From a bacterium (GTDB lineage Bacteria > Bacteroidota > Bacteroidia > Bacteroidales > FEN-979): DNA of 64,000 nt. The stretch is taken from NCBI GenBank assembly GCA_037131065.1, contig JBAXRT010000001.1, positions 391 to 64,390 on the forward strand. The letters are read 5' to 3'. The notes beneath the pieces were generated by a model, which worked only from the letters and a program-made list of their open reading frames with translations, searched no databases and was not told the origin of the DNA. Both the position numbers and the translations under genes were made by a program. Shown here in pieces: positions 7,506-17,741 of the stretch. The stretch's first letter is position 1. Every line of letters begins with the position of its first letter.

Positions 7506-9585
7506 TTATAAGTTTTCCGCTTCTGACGATTTTCGAATTCCTCAACTTAATCAGATAGATCCCTGCCGGCAGATCCTCTGTATTCAGTTGTATTTTCGTG
7601 CCGGTGACTTTCCGTTGCAGGATCTCCTGCCCGAAAAGGTTGACCAGGGAGAGATCCCATACTGTGCCATGTACACGGGTTTCGATGGTTATAGCATCCC
7701 TGGCAGGATTCGGGTAAATTGTAATTCTTGAATTTTCCGTATCGCTGTCCGGCAGGGAAACATGGATATCACCGAGAGCCCGTTTCCAGATCCCGCTTCC
7801 AAAAGTGCCGGCGAAGATCGTGTCATTAAGAAGAGCAAGCGAACCGGTATTAAGATTTTTAAGTCCGTCGTTGCATGGATGCCAGTTTTGCCCGAAATCT
7901 TTTGTACCGAAGATACCATATTGAGTAGAGATATAAAGGGTGTTTCCTGAGGAGACAAACCCCCGGATCCGGCTATCAGAAGTCAAGCCATTTCCGGCAA
8001 AGGTCCAGTACTCACCCTCGTTTAAAGTCACGTACATCCCCACGAACTCAATGAAAACAAACAGGGCACTGTCGCAGAAGGCGTAGGCTTGGGGGGACCT
8101 GTAGTCTGGAAGACCCTGGTTAACGAGTTGCCAGTTCAGGTCATCGCCGAGCTTTAAAGTCTGGGCGAAACCACAGGCCGCAGCATAGGGTACCGATTTA
8201 AAAACAGTCAGATTATACATGGAGTTGCAATATTGGGGGGGGATGGTGATATCGGTCCAGCTTTGCCCCATATCACTGGTAAAAAAACACAACTCATCCT
8301 CGTATGCATATAGCTTGCCATTGTTTCCGTGAATGGAATAAGGATCGTCCCTGGCAAAGGGGACCTCTCCGGCAAGGTGTTGCCAGGTTGACCCTTCGTT
8401 GGTGGAGTAAAGGATAAAGGGAATATCGTAGGGCCAGTAAGTGGTGTCGTTTTCGACCGAGAGGAAGAGGGTGTCGCCCATGGTCATAACAGATCCGAAC
8501 AGTTCATATTCCACGAGAGGTGAGATATTATCCCATATTCCGGCCAGGTTGAGCCGGTATACTTTTTCTTCATTACAGGCGAAAAGAGTCTGATCTGTGG
8601 CTGCCGCCGCCCGGATATAGGAGCAAATAAGCCCGTGGTTGTTTGCCACCCACTGCGTATCCTGGAGGAAAAAAAATCCATCGCGGCTTGTTCCGCACAC
8701 AAGGGTGGAATCATATATTGCAAGTGTTGTGACCGAAAGATCAGTAAGCCCTGAAATGACTGTGGCCCAGGTCATCCCATTATCAGCCGAGCGATAAATG
8801 CCGGAGCCTGCAGTGGCGAGAAAGAGATCAGTCAAACTCCTTAAAAAACTCGTGATCCTGAAAGAACCCGTAAAGATCAGGTTCCAGTGCTCTCCGAAGT
8901 CGGTACTACGGAAGAGATTGGAGTTTATTGCAGTGTAAAGTGTGTCGTCGATGGCCTCTATCATGGTAACGGGTAAGGAGGGGAGGCCATCATTCATTTC
9001 AATCCAGTTGCCGGAATTCCCGTTACGCCTGAAGATCCCATGGTCGGTGCCGCAGAAGATAAACCCGCCTGTAACATTGAGAGCCGTAACATTTGTAATG
9101 TAGTAAAACCCTCCCCCCCAGGGGTCATAAACTGTATCGGTGGGCAACCCGTTGTTTTGCTCTTCCCAGGATGATCCGAAATCATCTGAAACCATAAATC
9201 CCAGGGCCTCGGTGCCGGCCAGCAGGGCTGTATCGGTATGGGCAAGCGCCTGTACCTGCAGATCATTAACCTCGGCAGCCGGAATATCTGGTGAAGATAG
9301 ATCGAACTGTTTTATTCCTCCATAAAATGTTCCTGCAAAAAGCGTGTCCCCTTTTAGGGTATAACAGGTCAGGTGATAAGGTGAATTCACTACCCACCGG
9401 TCTGCCATGTCGTTCCTTGTAAAAGTACCGCAATCCGCGCCGGTCATTATTAAACCGTTTTGCACAATGATGGCGGTGACTTCAGTATTTCCGTAAGGTC
9501 CGTCAGTCTGCACCCACTGGGCCCTGCATTCAATAACCAATGGCAACAAACAGGACAGAAGAAGGAAGATGGTATTTGGTTTCAT
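7498..9585 (-). CDS. Secreted Asp-box (BNR/sortilin-like) beta-propeller protein with a T9SS C-terminal sorting domain
   Basis: Signal peptide present. Seven SxDxGxxW-type boxes (SDDFGSSW, STDFGEHW, SADNGMTW, STNEGSTW, TSDMGQSW, TLNEGEYW, TKDFGQNW). C-terminus ITIYPNPARDAITIE…GIYLIKL…GKLIIE is typical of TIGR04183. Confidence 0.8.
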   Translation of the reverse strand: MKPNTIFLLLSCLLPLVIECRAQWVQTDGPYGNTEVTAIIVQNGLIMTGADCGTFTRNDMADRWVVNSPYHLTCYTLKGDTLFAGTFYGGIKQFDLSSPDIPAAEVNDLQVQALAHTDTALLAGTEALGFMVSDDFGSSWEEQNNGLPTDTVYDPWGGGFYYITNVTALNVTGGFIFCGTDHGIFRRNGNSGNWIEMNDGLPSLPVTMIEAIDDTLYTAINSNLFRSTDFGEHWNLIFTGSFRITSFLRSLTDLFLATAGSGIYRSADNGMTWATVISGLTDLSVTTLAIYDSTLVCGTSRDGFFFLQDTQWVANNHGLICSYIRAAAATDQTLFACNEEKVYRLNLAGIWDNISPLVEYELFGSVMTMGDTLFLSVENDTTYWPYDIPFILYSTNEGSTWQHLAGEVPFARDDPYSIHGNNGKLYAYEDELCFFTSDMGQSWTDITIPPQYCNSMYNLTVFKSVPYAAACGFAQTLKLGDDLNWQLVNQGLPDYRSPQAYAFCDSALFVFIEFVGMYVTLNEGEYWTFAGNGLTSDSRIRGFVSSGNTLYISTQYGIFGTKDFGQNWHPCNDGLKNLNTGSLALLNDTIFAGTFGSGIWKRALGDIHVSLPDSDTENSRITIYPNPARDAITIETRVHGTVWDLSLVNLFGQEILQRKVTGTKIQLNTEDLPAGIYLIKLRNSKIVRSGKLIIE

Positions 9586-9652
9586 AAGGTCATTGGAAAT
9601 TGGTATTAGGGTGAACAGGAAATGTTTTATAATAACAAAAATACTAAGAATT

Positions 9653-9751
9653 AATGCAGGAATGCAGTTTTTAGTCCGCAGTCCGCAGTCTTCAGTCTTC
9701 AGTCTGCAAATTCATCAACATCACTTCATCACTGCGTCACAATTTCATCAC
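9653..9751. repeat. Composite short-tandem-repeat tract: AATGCAGG x2, then AGTCCGC x2, AGTCTTC x2, AGTCTGC x1, then degenerate TTCATCA-containing units
   Basis: Read directly. It lies in the divergent intergenic region between the T9SS propeller gene and guaB. Confidence 0.85.
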
Positions 9752-9880
9752 AGTATTATTACACAAATCACCAATTTTCATTGACTTGTCCGTATTGTAA
9801 CCAAATGACTAATTTTTTCTCCCCAAACCATAATAATTCCGCCACTTTTCAGTTATAATTAAACCGATTCTATTTTTTTA

Positions 9881-9888
9881 TAAATTTG
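9881..9888 (+). promoter_or_regulatory. Bacteroidota-type -7 promoter box TAAATTTG (TAnnTTTG) for guaB
   Basis: Matches the TAnnTTTG consensus, 18 nt upstream of the ATG at 9907. Confidence 0.5.
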
Positions 9889-9906
9889 CACCCTAATTTT
9901 GGGCTT

Positions 9907-11373
9907 ATGTTCCTTAATTCAGATAAATTCATGGGGGAGGGGTTGACTTATGACGATGTGCTGCTTGTACCAGCCTATTCGAAGGTTTTACCCCGCGAGG
10001 TGAATGTGGACACCAGACTTACCAGAAATATTAAACTGAATATTCCCATCGTTTCTGCTGCCATGGATACCGTCACCGAATCGGGTATGGCTATCGCCAT
10101 GGCCCAGGAGGGAGGGATCGGCGTGCTTCACAAGAACATGTCGATTGAGGCACAGGCGATACATGTGCGCAAGGTCAAAAGGGCCGAGAACGGCACCATC
10201 CTTGACCCTGTCACCCTGCATGAGGATGCCTTGGTGAACGAGGCCCTTGCGATGATGAAGGAGCACTCAATCGGCGGCATCCCCGTTATCAACGAAAATC
10301 ATGAACTGGTCGGGATCGTTACCAACCGCGACCTGAGGTTTGAACGCGACCTGATGCGGCCTGTCTCCGAAGTGATGACACGCAAGGTGATCACCATCAG
10401 TGAATTTACGGGTTTTGAAAAGGCAGAAGCCATACTCCAGCAGCACAAGATCGAAAAGCTGCCGGTGGTTGATAAGAAGAACAAGCTCGTTGGGTTGATC
10501 ACTTATAAGGATATTATCAAGATCAAGGCCAGGCCAAACGCCTGTAAGGATAACCTCGGACGACTGCGTGTTGCAGCTGCCGTTGGTGTTGCGGGCGATA
10601 CACTCGACAGGGTGGCTGCCCTTGTAAGGGAGGGGGTTGACGCTATTGTCATCGACACGGCGCATGGTCACTCCTTCTACGTGATCGAAATGGCAAAAAA
10701 AGTTAAAACAGCTTTTCCCAATGTCGACCTGATCGTAGGGAATATCGGTACGGCAGAAGCTGCGAAAGATCTTGCCGCAGTCGGTGTCGACGCCGTCAAG
10801 GTCGGGATCGGGCCCGGTTCCATCTGTACAACGCGCATCATTGCCGGGATCGGTATCCCGCAACTCTCGGCGATCTACAATGTGTCTGAAGCGCTCAGGG
10901 GAACAGGTATTCCTGCCATTGCCGACGGGGGCATCCGTTATACGGGCGATATCGTGAAGGCGCTTGCAGCCGGAGCCCACTCAATCATGGCTGGCTCGCT
11001 CTTTGCCGGTGTGGACGAATCACCCGGTCAGACGATCATATTCGAAGGGAGAAAATTCAAGACCTACCGCGGCATGGGATCGATCGAGGCCATGCAGATG
11101 GGTTCGAAAGACCGTTACTTCCAGGATGTTGAGGAAGATATTAAGAAACTTGTCCCGGAAGGGATTGTCGGAAGGGTACCTTACAAGGGAAGTCTATCCG
11201 AGGTTATTTACCAGATGGTAGGAGGTTTGAGATCAGGGATGGGCTACACAGGTTCCGCCACGATCGATGAACTCCAGAAAGCCAAATTCATGAAGATCAC
11301 TTCGGCAGGCGTTACCGAAAGTCATCCGCACGATGTAACGATCATCAGTGAAGCGCCCAATTACAGCAGGTAA
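9907..11373 (+). CDS. guaB: IMP dehydrogenase
   Basis: [14 protein letters not shown]-terminus, a tandem CBS insert, the catalytic loop [11 protein letters not shown], and [17 protein letters not shown]. Start trimmed from the TTG at 9886 to the ATG at 9907. Confidence 0.95.
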   Translation: MFLNSDKFMGEGLTYDDVLLVPAYSKVLPREVNVDTRLTRNIKLNIPIVSAAMDTVTESGMAIAMAQEGGIGVLHKNMSIEAQAIHVRKVKRAENGTILDPVTLHEDALVNEALAMMKEHSIGGIPVINENHELVGIVTNRDLRFERDLMRPVSEVMTRKVITISEFTGFEKAEAILQQHKIEKLPVVDKKNKLVGLITYKDIIKIKARPNACKDNLGRLRVAAAVGVAGDTLDRVAALVREGVDAIVIDTAHGHSFYVIEMAKKVKTAFPNVDLIVGNIGTAEAAKDLAAVGVDAVKVGIGPGSICTTRIIAGIGIPQLSAIYNVSEALRGTGIPAIADGGIRYTGDIVKALAAGAHSIMAGSLFAGVDESPGQTIIFEGRKFKTYRGMGSIEAMQMGSKDRYFQDVEEDIKKLVPEGIVGRVPYKGSLSEVIYQMVGGLRSGMGYTGSATIDELQKAKFMKITSAGVTESHPHDVTIISEAPNYSR

Positions 11374-11413
11374 TCAAAATTATCAGACGATAAATCAAAA
11401 TAAAACAGAGACT

Positions 11414-13423
11414 ATGAATCGCTTGAAATCACAACTTTTAGTGTTATTAGTTATTGCTTTTGCAGTACCGGTCATTGCCCAGGTAAATAATAATGAAACC
11501 CTTATGACCATTGCGGGGAAAAAGGTGACCGTTGGGGAATTCCTTACCATCTACCAGAAGAATAACGGGAACAAGGATAAGACAGAGGGGAAAAGCAATT
11601 TCATCGACAGGAAATCCCTCGATGAGTACCTTGATCTTTTCATCAATTTTAAACTGAAGGTTAAGGAAGCGGAGGAGCTTGGACTCGACACCCTCACCTC
11701 CTTCCGTAATGAACTGAACGGCTACCGCGACCAGCTTGCCAAACCTTACTTTACAGATGAGGCAACACTCGACAACCTCCTGACCGAGGCCTGGGAGCGT
11801 TCGAAATATGATATCAGGGCCAGCCACATTTTTTTCCGCCTGAAACAAGATGCCCTTCCTGCCGACACCCTTGCCGCTTACAACAAGGCCATCAAGATAA
11901 GTGAACGTGCTACGAACGGAGAGATGTTTGAGAAACTTGCTGTTACCTACTCAGAAGATCCTTCGGCAAAAGACCGGGAAGCCAACCAGCAGCATCCCCT
12001 TATTAAGGGTAACATGGGCGACCTGGGATTCTTTACCGTTTTTGATATGGTTTACGCTTTTGAAAATGCCGCTTACACTACTCCTGTCGGCAAGGTTTCC
12101 GGCATTGTCCGTACCGATTACGGTTACCATATCATCAAGGTAACTGAAAAGAGACCAGCCTTCGGAAAGGTGGTTGTGGCCCATATTTTCCTGGCCCTTC
12201 CCAAGGCAGCAAAGACCGAGGATTCCCTGCGCGTGAAACTGCGGATTGATTCGATCTACCAGAAACTGAAGAATGGAGCAAAGTTCGAAGATCTCGTAAA
12301 ACAATATTCAGAGGATAAGGGTTCTGCCGCAAAGGGGGGAGTGCTTCCCAAATTCGGCGTGAATCGGATGGTTCCTGAGTTCATCGATGCGATCTACACT
12401 CTCTCCAACGTAGGAGATTACTCCAAGCCCACACTTACCCCTTATGGCTGGCACATCATCAAGCTGGTCGAAAGGAAAACCCCGGGAGCCCTGGCTGAGG
12501 AGAAGACCGAACTGAAACAGAAGGTAGTCAAGGATTCGCGCGGGAACCTTCCCAAAGAGGTGGTCATGAAAAAAATCCGTAAGGAATATAGCCTTACCGA
12601 ATATCCTGAGGCCAAAGCAGAGTTCTATAAGATCGTGACCGACACCATCTTCTTTGGGAAATGGGATGCCGCCGTTGCCAGGGATATGGTCAAACCATTG
12701 TTCAAGATCGGGACCCTGACTGTCAGACAGAAGGAGTTTGCCGATTACCTGGCCTCCAAACAACGGAAACGCGACAAGGAACCCATCGAACTGTTTGTAA
12801 ACAAAATGTATAGTGAATTTCTGGATGATAACCTGATCAAGTGGGAAAACAGCCATCTCGAGCAGAAGTATCCTGAATTCAAAGCACTGATGGGTGAGTA
12901 CCGCGACGGTATCCTTCTCTTTGACCTTACCGATAAAAAAGTCTGGTCAAAGGCGGTGAAGGACACAACGGGCCTCAAGGAATTCTATGAAAAGAACAAG
13001 TCAAATTACATGTGGGATACCCGTGTTGACGCTTCTATTTATACCCTGAAGAAAGAGGGAAACCCTGATAAGGTGAAGAACTTCATCACATCGGGACTTT
13101 CCGATACCGACCTGCTGAAGGAGATCAATACTGATTCGCTTAAGCTCCTTTCGATAGAAAACGGGAAATTCTCCAAGCACGACAACAAACTCATCGACGG
13201 TGTAGCATGGCAGCCGGGATTCTCAAAAGATATGACTTCCGATTCCGCCACTGTTTTCATCTATATCCGGAGTGTCCTGAAACCGGAACCCAAAGCGCTC
13301 AGTGAAGCCCGCGGACTTATTACCGCCGACTATCAGAATTTCCTTGAGAAAGAGTGGATCAGGTCGCTGAGGGAAAAATACAAAGTGGTCGTCAATCGGG
13401 AAGTTCTGGCCAAAATCAAGTAG
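11414..13423 (+). CDS. Periplasmic PpiC/parvulin-type peptidyl-prolyl isomerase (PpiD/SurA-like chaperone)
   Basis: Start trimmed to MNRLKSQLLVLLVIAFAVPVIAQ (signal peptide). Parvulin-like segments are present (…GDLGFFTVFDMVYAFENAAY…GYHIIKV and …GWHIIKL). Confidence 0.85.
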   Translation: MNRLKSQLLVLLVIAFAVPVIAQVNNNETLMTIAGKKVTVGEFLTIYQKNNGNKDKTEGKSNFIDRKSLDEYLDLFINFKLKVKEAEELGLDTLTSFRNELNGYRDQLAKPYFTDEATLDNLLTEAWERSKYDIRASHIFFRLKQDALPADTLAAYNKAIKISERATNGEMFEKLAVTYSEDPSAKDREANQQHPLIKGNMGDLGFFTVFDMVYAFENAAYTTPVGKVSGIVRTDYGYHIIKVTEKRPAFGKVVVAHIFLALPKAAKTEDSLRVKLRIDSIYQKLKNGAKFEDLVKQYSEDKGSAAKGGVLPKFGVNRMVPEFIDAIYTLSNVGDYSKPTLTPYGWHIIKLVERKTPGALAEEKTELKQKVVKDSRGNLPKEVVMKKIRKEYSLTEYPEAKAEFYKIVTDTIFFGKWDAAVARDMVKPLFKIGTLTVRQKEFADYLASKQRKRDKEPIELFVNKMYSEFLDDNLIKWENSHLEQKYPEFKALMGEYRDGILLFDLTDKKVWSKAVKDTTGLKEFYEKNKSNYMWDTRVDASIYTLKKEGNPDKVKNFITSGLSDTDLLKEINTDSLKLLSIENGKFSKHDNKLIDGVAWQPGFSKDMTSDSATVFIYIRSVLKPEPKALSEARGLITADYQNFLEKEWIRSLREKYKVVVNREVLAKIK

Positions 13424-13434
13424 AGGATTGTACG

Positions 13435-14271
13435 TTGAAAAAACTCCTGATCTTTTTGCTGGTTATCCTGGCCTCATGCTCATACTTCAAAAAAAAAACG
13501 GAGCGGGTGGTAGCGAGGATTCTGGATGAATACCTGTATGAGTCCGACCTCAGGGGTGTGATACCCCCGGGGACCAGCGCCAAAGACAGCGTTACCCTTA
13601 CCAAAAATTATATTGACAACTGGATCAGGCAGAACCTGGTGATCCGGCAGGCGGAGAACAACCTGACCAGCGAAGAGATGGATTTTTCCAGGCAGCTTGA
13701 GAATTACAAGGAGGCCCTGATCATCTTCGAATATGAGAATGCACTGGTGAAACAGAAACTCGATACGCTCATCACCGAAGAGGAGATTGAGACCTACTAC
13801 GACGCGAACCAGAACAACTTCCTGCTGAAAGACAACATCGTTCAGATCCAGTATGTGAAACTCCCGCTGAAATCGGCTTACACCAGGCAGATCAAGAAAC
13901 TCCTGGTATCTGACAGGCCGGAGGATAAAGTGAAATTGCCCGATCTGTGTGAGAAATATGCAACCGATTACTTCCTCGATGACCAGAACTGGCTCTTTTT
14001 TGGCGATCTCCTCAAACAGATCCCCATCAAAACATATAACCGGGAGGAGTTTCTGAAAAATCGCAGGGAACTGGAATACCAGGATTCCCTTTTCGTTTAC
14101 CTGGTGAGATTCAAGGATTTTAAGATCAAGGAGAGCGTCTCCCCGCTTAGTCTTGAGAAGCCCCGTATCCGCGATATTATCCTTAACAAGCGGAAGATGG
14201 AGCTGATCAGCCGGATGCAGGAGGATATTTATCAGAAAGCGCTGAAGAAAAACGAATTTGAGATTTATTAA
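13435..14271 (+). CDS. Hypothetical lipoprotein in the PPIase cluster
   Basis: In-frame TTG at 13435 gives LKKLLIFLLVILASCSYF (lipobox-like LASC). No catalytic motif recognised. The start is uncertain. Confidence 0.5.
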   Translation: MKKLLIFLLVILASCSYFKKKTERVVARILDEYLYESDLRGVIPPGTSAKDSVTLTKNYIDNWIRQNLVIRQAENNLTSEEMDFSRQLENYKEALIIFEYENALVKQKLDTLITEEEIETYYDANQNNFLLKDNIVQIQYVKLPLKSAYTRQIKKLLVSDRPEDKVKLPDLCEKYATDYFLDDQNWLFFGDLLKQIPIKTYNREEFLKNRRELEYQDSLFVYLVRFKDFKIKESVSPLSLEKPRIRDIILNKRKMELISRMQEDIYQKALKKNEFEIY

Positions 14272-14298
14272 CCGGGAGTGATCCCGAATGCTGAATTT

Positions 14299-15660
14299 AT
14301 GAAGTTCCTGAGAAACATTGTTTACCTGATCATTTTGGTCCTGGTTGTTCCTGCGAGCGCCTGGGCCCAGCCAGCAAGGGATTCGGTCATTGACGGGCTG
14401 GTGGCTGTGGTCGGGGGTAACATCATCCTGAAATCAGATATCGAAGGCCAGTATTTCCAGATCCGAAGCCAGGGGAATATACAGGGAACATCCTCAGGTC
14501 TGAAGTGCCAGCTACTTGAAGATCTTCTAGTCCAGAAACTGATCCTTCACCAGGCCCAGGTCGACAGCGTAAAAGTTACCGACGAAATGGTGGAGGGAGA
14601 GATGGACCGGAGGATGCGCTACTTTATCTCCCAGGCCGGTTCACCTGAAAGGCTGGAGGAGCATTTCCAGAAAACGCTCGTGGAGATCAAGGCGGAATTA
14701 CGTGATGTGGTGCGGGAACAACTGCTGGTGAAAAGCGAGAATGAGAGGATCATGAAGGACATTACAATAACTCCTTCCGAAGTGAAGGCCTTTTTCAAGA
14801 GGCTTCCCAAGGACAGCATTCCCGAGATGAGTTCTGAGATGGAGGTCGGAATGATCGTGAAGATCCCATCGATCGGTGATGAGGAAAAGCAGGTTGTCAA
14901 AACAAAACTGAAAAGTTTTAAGGACAGGATCACAAAGGGCGATGATTTCAGCACCCTCGCAGTGATGTATTCCGAAGATCCCGGTTCCTCCAAACAGGGC
15001 GGTGAACTCGGAATGTTCAAACGGGGAGATATGCGGCCTGAATTTGAGGCGGCTGCCTTTAAACTGAAACCGGGAGAAGTGTCGGATATCGTTGAAACGG
15101 AGGATGGGTTCCACCTGATACAGATGATCGAACGCCGGGGTGAATATATCAATGTCCGGCATATACTGCTTCAGCCGCAGGTTTCTTTATATAACCTGAA
15201 CAAGGCAAAGCAGAGTCTGGATTCAGTAGCGACACTTATCGATACAAAGAAACTTACTTTTGAGCAGGCCGTACTGAAACATTCCGACGATCCGGGGAAG
15301 ATCAACGGCGGACTCATGGTCAACCAGATGATAGGAGGTACCCGGTTCGAGGCAAGTCAGCTCGACCCCAAGGTCGCCTTCATCGTCGACAAACTGAAGG
15401 TAGGCGAGATCTCCGCCCCGGTCCTGATGAAGACCGACCGCGGAAAGCAGGAATACAGGCTCTATTACCTGAAACTACGCACCAAGCCCCACAAGGCTAA
15501 CCTGAGTGATGATTATGCGAAGATCCAGCAGATGTCCCTGGAGAAAAAACAGCTGGAGGCCATGAACGACTGGATCACGCGGAAAGTGGAGAGTTCCTAT
15601 GTCAACATCATCGGAGATTACAGGAATTGTACTTTTAAAAGAAAATGGGTTAGAAATTAA
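14299..15660 (+). CDS. SurA-like periplasmic chaperone/PPIase
   Basis: Start trimmed to MKFLRNIVYLIILVLVVPASAWAQ. A SurA-N-like region is followed by a parvulin domain (…GELGMFKRGDMRPEFEAAAF…GFHLIQM) and a second, degenerate one. Confidence 0.85.
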   Translation: MKFLRNIVYLIILVLVVPASAWAQPARDSVIDGLVAVVGGNIILKSDIEGQYFQIRSQGNIQGTSSGLKCQLLEDLLVQKLILHQAQVDSVKVTDEMVEGEMDRRMRYFISQAGSPERLEEHFQKTLVEIKAELRDVVREQLLVKSENERIMKDITITPSEVKAFFKRLPKDSIPEMSSEMEVGMIVKIPSIGDEEKQVVKTKLKSFKDRITKGDDFSTLAVMYSEDPGSSKQGGELGMFKRGDMRPEFEAAAFKLKPGEVSDIVETEDGFHLIQMIERRGEYINVRHILLQPQVSLYNLNKAKQSLDSVATLIDTKKLTFEQAVLKHSDDPGKINGGLMVNQMIGGTRFEASQLDPKVAFIVDKLKVGEISAPVLMKTDRGKQEYRLYYLKLRTKPHKANLSDDYAKIQQMSLEKKQLEAMNDWITRKVESSYVNIIGDYRNCTFKRKWVRN

Positions 15661-15673
15661 ACCGCGAGGATAT

Positions 15674-16639
15674 ATGCACTATTCCAGTGATGTTGAAGCT
15701 GTTGATGCCCTTGTCAGAAAATATTCTCTTCTGAAGTCCGAGATCGCAAAGGTGATTGTTGGTCAGGATGAAGTCATCAAAAACCTGCTGATCTCCATAT
15801 TCTGCAAGGGTCATTGTTTACTTGTTGGCGTCCCCGGACTGGCCAAGACGTTGATGGTTAATACCATCTCAAAAGCATTGGGACTCAGTTACAGCAGGAT
15901 CCAGTTCACACCCGACCTGATGCCTTCCGACATCATTGGAACAGAGATTCTTGATGAGGCGCGCAAATTCAGGTTTATTAAGGGACCGGTTTTTGCCAAC
16001 ATCATTCTTGCCGATGAGATTAACCGGACACCACCAAAGACCCAGTCAGCCCTTCTGGAGGCCATGCAGGAGAAGGCGGTAACCGTTGCTGGGACCACCT
16101 ACCACCTCGAGGAACCGTTCTTTGTGCTGGCCACCCAGAACCCGATCGAACACGAAGGAACTTATCCACTGCCGGAGGCACAACTCGACCGCTTTATGTT
16201 CAACCTCTGGCTCGATTATCCTTCGGGCGATGAGGAGATTCAGATCGTAAAGGCGACCACGACCGAAAAATCCATCACGCCGGAGATAGTAGTATCGGCA
16301 GAAGAGATCCTCTTCTTTCAGAACCTCATCAGAAAGATCCCTGTCCCAGATAATGTTTACCATTATGCAGTCAGCCTGGTCGGACACACCAGGCCGCAGG
16401 CGGATGGACCCGATAGCTGGGCTAAAAGGTACCTCACATGGGGTGCCGGACCACGGGCCTCCCAGTACCTTATCCTTGGCGCCAAATGCAACGCCGTCAT
16501 TAATGGAAAATATTCCCCCGATAAGGAAGATGTGAGGGCAGTTGCAAAACCCGTGCTCCGCCACAGAATTGTGAGGAACTATAAGGCCGAAGCTGAGGGG
16601 ATCCAGCCTGATCATATCATTGAACACTTTTTATCCTGA
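15674..16639 (+). CDS. MoxR-family AAA+ ATPase
   Basis: Walker A GVPGLAKT and Walker B ILADEINR, plus a MoxR-type C-terminal region. Start trimmed to MHYSSDVEAV. Confidence 0.9.
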   Translation: MHYSSDVEAVDALVRKYSLLKSEIAKVIVGQDEVIKNLLISIFCKGHCLLVGVPGLAKTLMVNTISKALGLSYSRIQFTPDLMPSDIIGTEILDEARKFRFIKGPVFANIILADEINRTPPKTQSALLEAMQEKAVTVAGTTYHLEEPFFVLATQNPIEHEGTYPLPEAQLDRFMFNLWLDYPSGDEEIQIVKATTTEKSITPEIVVSAEEILFFQNLIRKIPVPDNVYHYAVSLVGHTRPQADGPDSWAKRYLTWGAGPRASQYLILGAKCNAVINGKYSPDKEDVRAVAKPVLRHRIVRNYKAEAEGIQPDHIIEHFLS

Positions 16640-16646
16640 AGTTTAA

Positions 16647-16654
16647 TAGTTTTG
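16647..16654 (+). promoter_or_regulatory. Candidate -7 box TAGTTTTG upstream of pstS
   Basis: TAnnTTTG match, 77 nt upstream of the ATG at 16732. Confidence 0.35.
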
Positions 16655-16731
16655 TGCCACTTTTTTTGTTCGGGACAACCTGCGGAATTGTTATTGAATT
16701 ATTTTCGTACATCTCTTAAATCAGACGTGTG

Positions 16732-17718
16732 ATGAATTCAAGAACAGAGAGGATCTTATCCTTTTTCGCACTGCTGTTATTTGGCTTGTCTTTTTTTCCG
16801 GGCTGTGGACATCGCAACGATACCCCGGGATCCGCTAAGGATACCCTCCGTGGCAAGATCACCATTTCAGGTGCTTTTGCTTTATATCCCATTACTGTGA
16901 AATGGGCGGAGGAGTACCAGAACCTTCACCCGAGGGTAACCATCAATGTCTCAGCCGGCGGCGCAGGAAAAGGGATGGCAGATGCCCTTACCAGGATGGT
17001 CGACCTGGGCATGTTCTCCAAAGCCGTCAGTCCCGAGGAACAGGCCAAGGGCGCCTGGTGGGTTGGGGTATGCAAGGATGCTGTTTTGCCCACTGTCAAT
17101 GCTGACAACCCGGTATTACCAATCCTGAAAACAAAGGGGATGACCCGCCAGCAGTTCTACGATATTTTCATCACGGGTTCTATAAAGACCTGGGGAGAGG
17201 CTGCAGGAACCAGCGACAGGACAGAGGTCCAGGCCTTTACCCGATCTGATGCCTGCGGCGCTGCCGATATGTGGGCAAAATACCTCAAAAACAATAAACA
17301 GGAGGATCTCCTTGGTCTCGGACTCAACGGTGACCCTGGAGTTGCCGATGCCGTCAGAAAAAACAGGGAGGGGATTGGTTTCAATAACCTGAATTTTGTT
17401 TATGATATGCAGAACCGTAAGAAATACCAGGGCCTTGAAGTGATACCGATCGACCTGAATGAGAATGGGAAGATCGATCCTGAGGAGAACTTTTACGGCA
17501 CCCTCGATGAGGTGATGAAAGCCATCAACGGCGGGAAATATCCCTCCCCGCCAGCCAGGGAACTTTTCATGGTATCGAAGGGAAAACCCTCTAGTAAACT
17601 TGTGCTTAATTTCCTCAACTGGATCCTTACCGATGGTCAGAAATATATTATGGAAGCTGGCTACGTTCAGATTCCTGATACAAGGATCCAGGCCGAACTG
17701 AAAAAAGTTGCCTTTTAA
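16732..17718 (+). CDS. pstS: Phosphate ABC transporter substrate-binding lipoprotein
   Basis: Signal plus lipobox (FFPGCGH) and PBP-type phosphate-binding features (SGAFALYPI…, SAGGAGKG). Followed by pstCAB. Confidence 0.85.
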   Translation: MNSRTERILSFFALLLFGLSFFPGCGHRNDTPGSAKDTLRGKITISGAFALYPITVKWAEEYQNLHPRVTINVSAGGAGKGMADALTRMVDLGMFSKAVSPEEQAKGAWWVGVCKDAVLPTVNADNPVLPILKTKGMTRQQFYDIFITGSIKTWGEAAGTSDRTEVQAFTRSDACGAADMWAKYLKNNKQEDLLGLGLNGDPGVADAVRKNREGIGFNNLNFVYDMQNRKKYQGLEVIPIDLNENGKIDPEENFYGTLDEVMKAINGGKYPSPPARELFMVSKGKPSSKLVLNFLNWILTDGQKYIMEAGYVQIPDTRIQAELKKVAF

Positions 17719-17741
17719 TCCAGTTTTATTACCTTTGGATT

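Noticed and set aside
9569-9784. 71-aa ORF spanning the intergenic repeat tract
   Set aside because: Its sequence (…SPQSSVFSLQIHQHHFITASQFHH…) is simply the translation of the tandem repeats. It starts inside the upstream minus-strand gene and has no supporting signal.
10267-10980. 237-aa ORF antisense to guaB. Similar long antisense ORFs occur at 16046-16627, 32102-32698, 39044-39832, 45028-45645, 62779-63375 and 12308-12856.
   Set aside because: Each lies wholly inside a strongly supported housekeeping gene on the other strand (guaB, moxR, ftsH, lpd, the PLP enzyme, dnaB, the PPIase). None shows a domain motif. They are typical shadow ORFs.
15674-16639. MoxR ATPase as the head of a Bat/aerotolerance-type operon (DUF58, VWA proteins)
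   Set aside because: The expected DUF58 and VWA partner genes are absent. The next genes are pstSCAB, so it is recorded as an orphan MoxR and not as a system.
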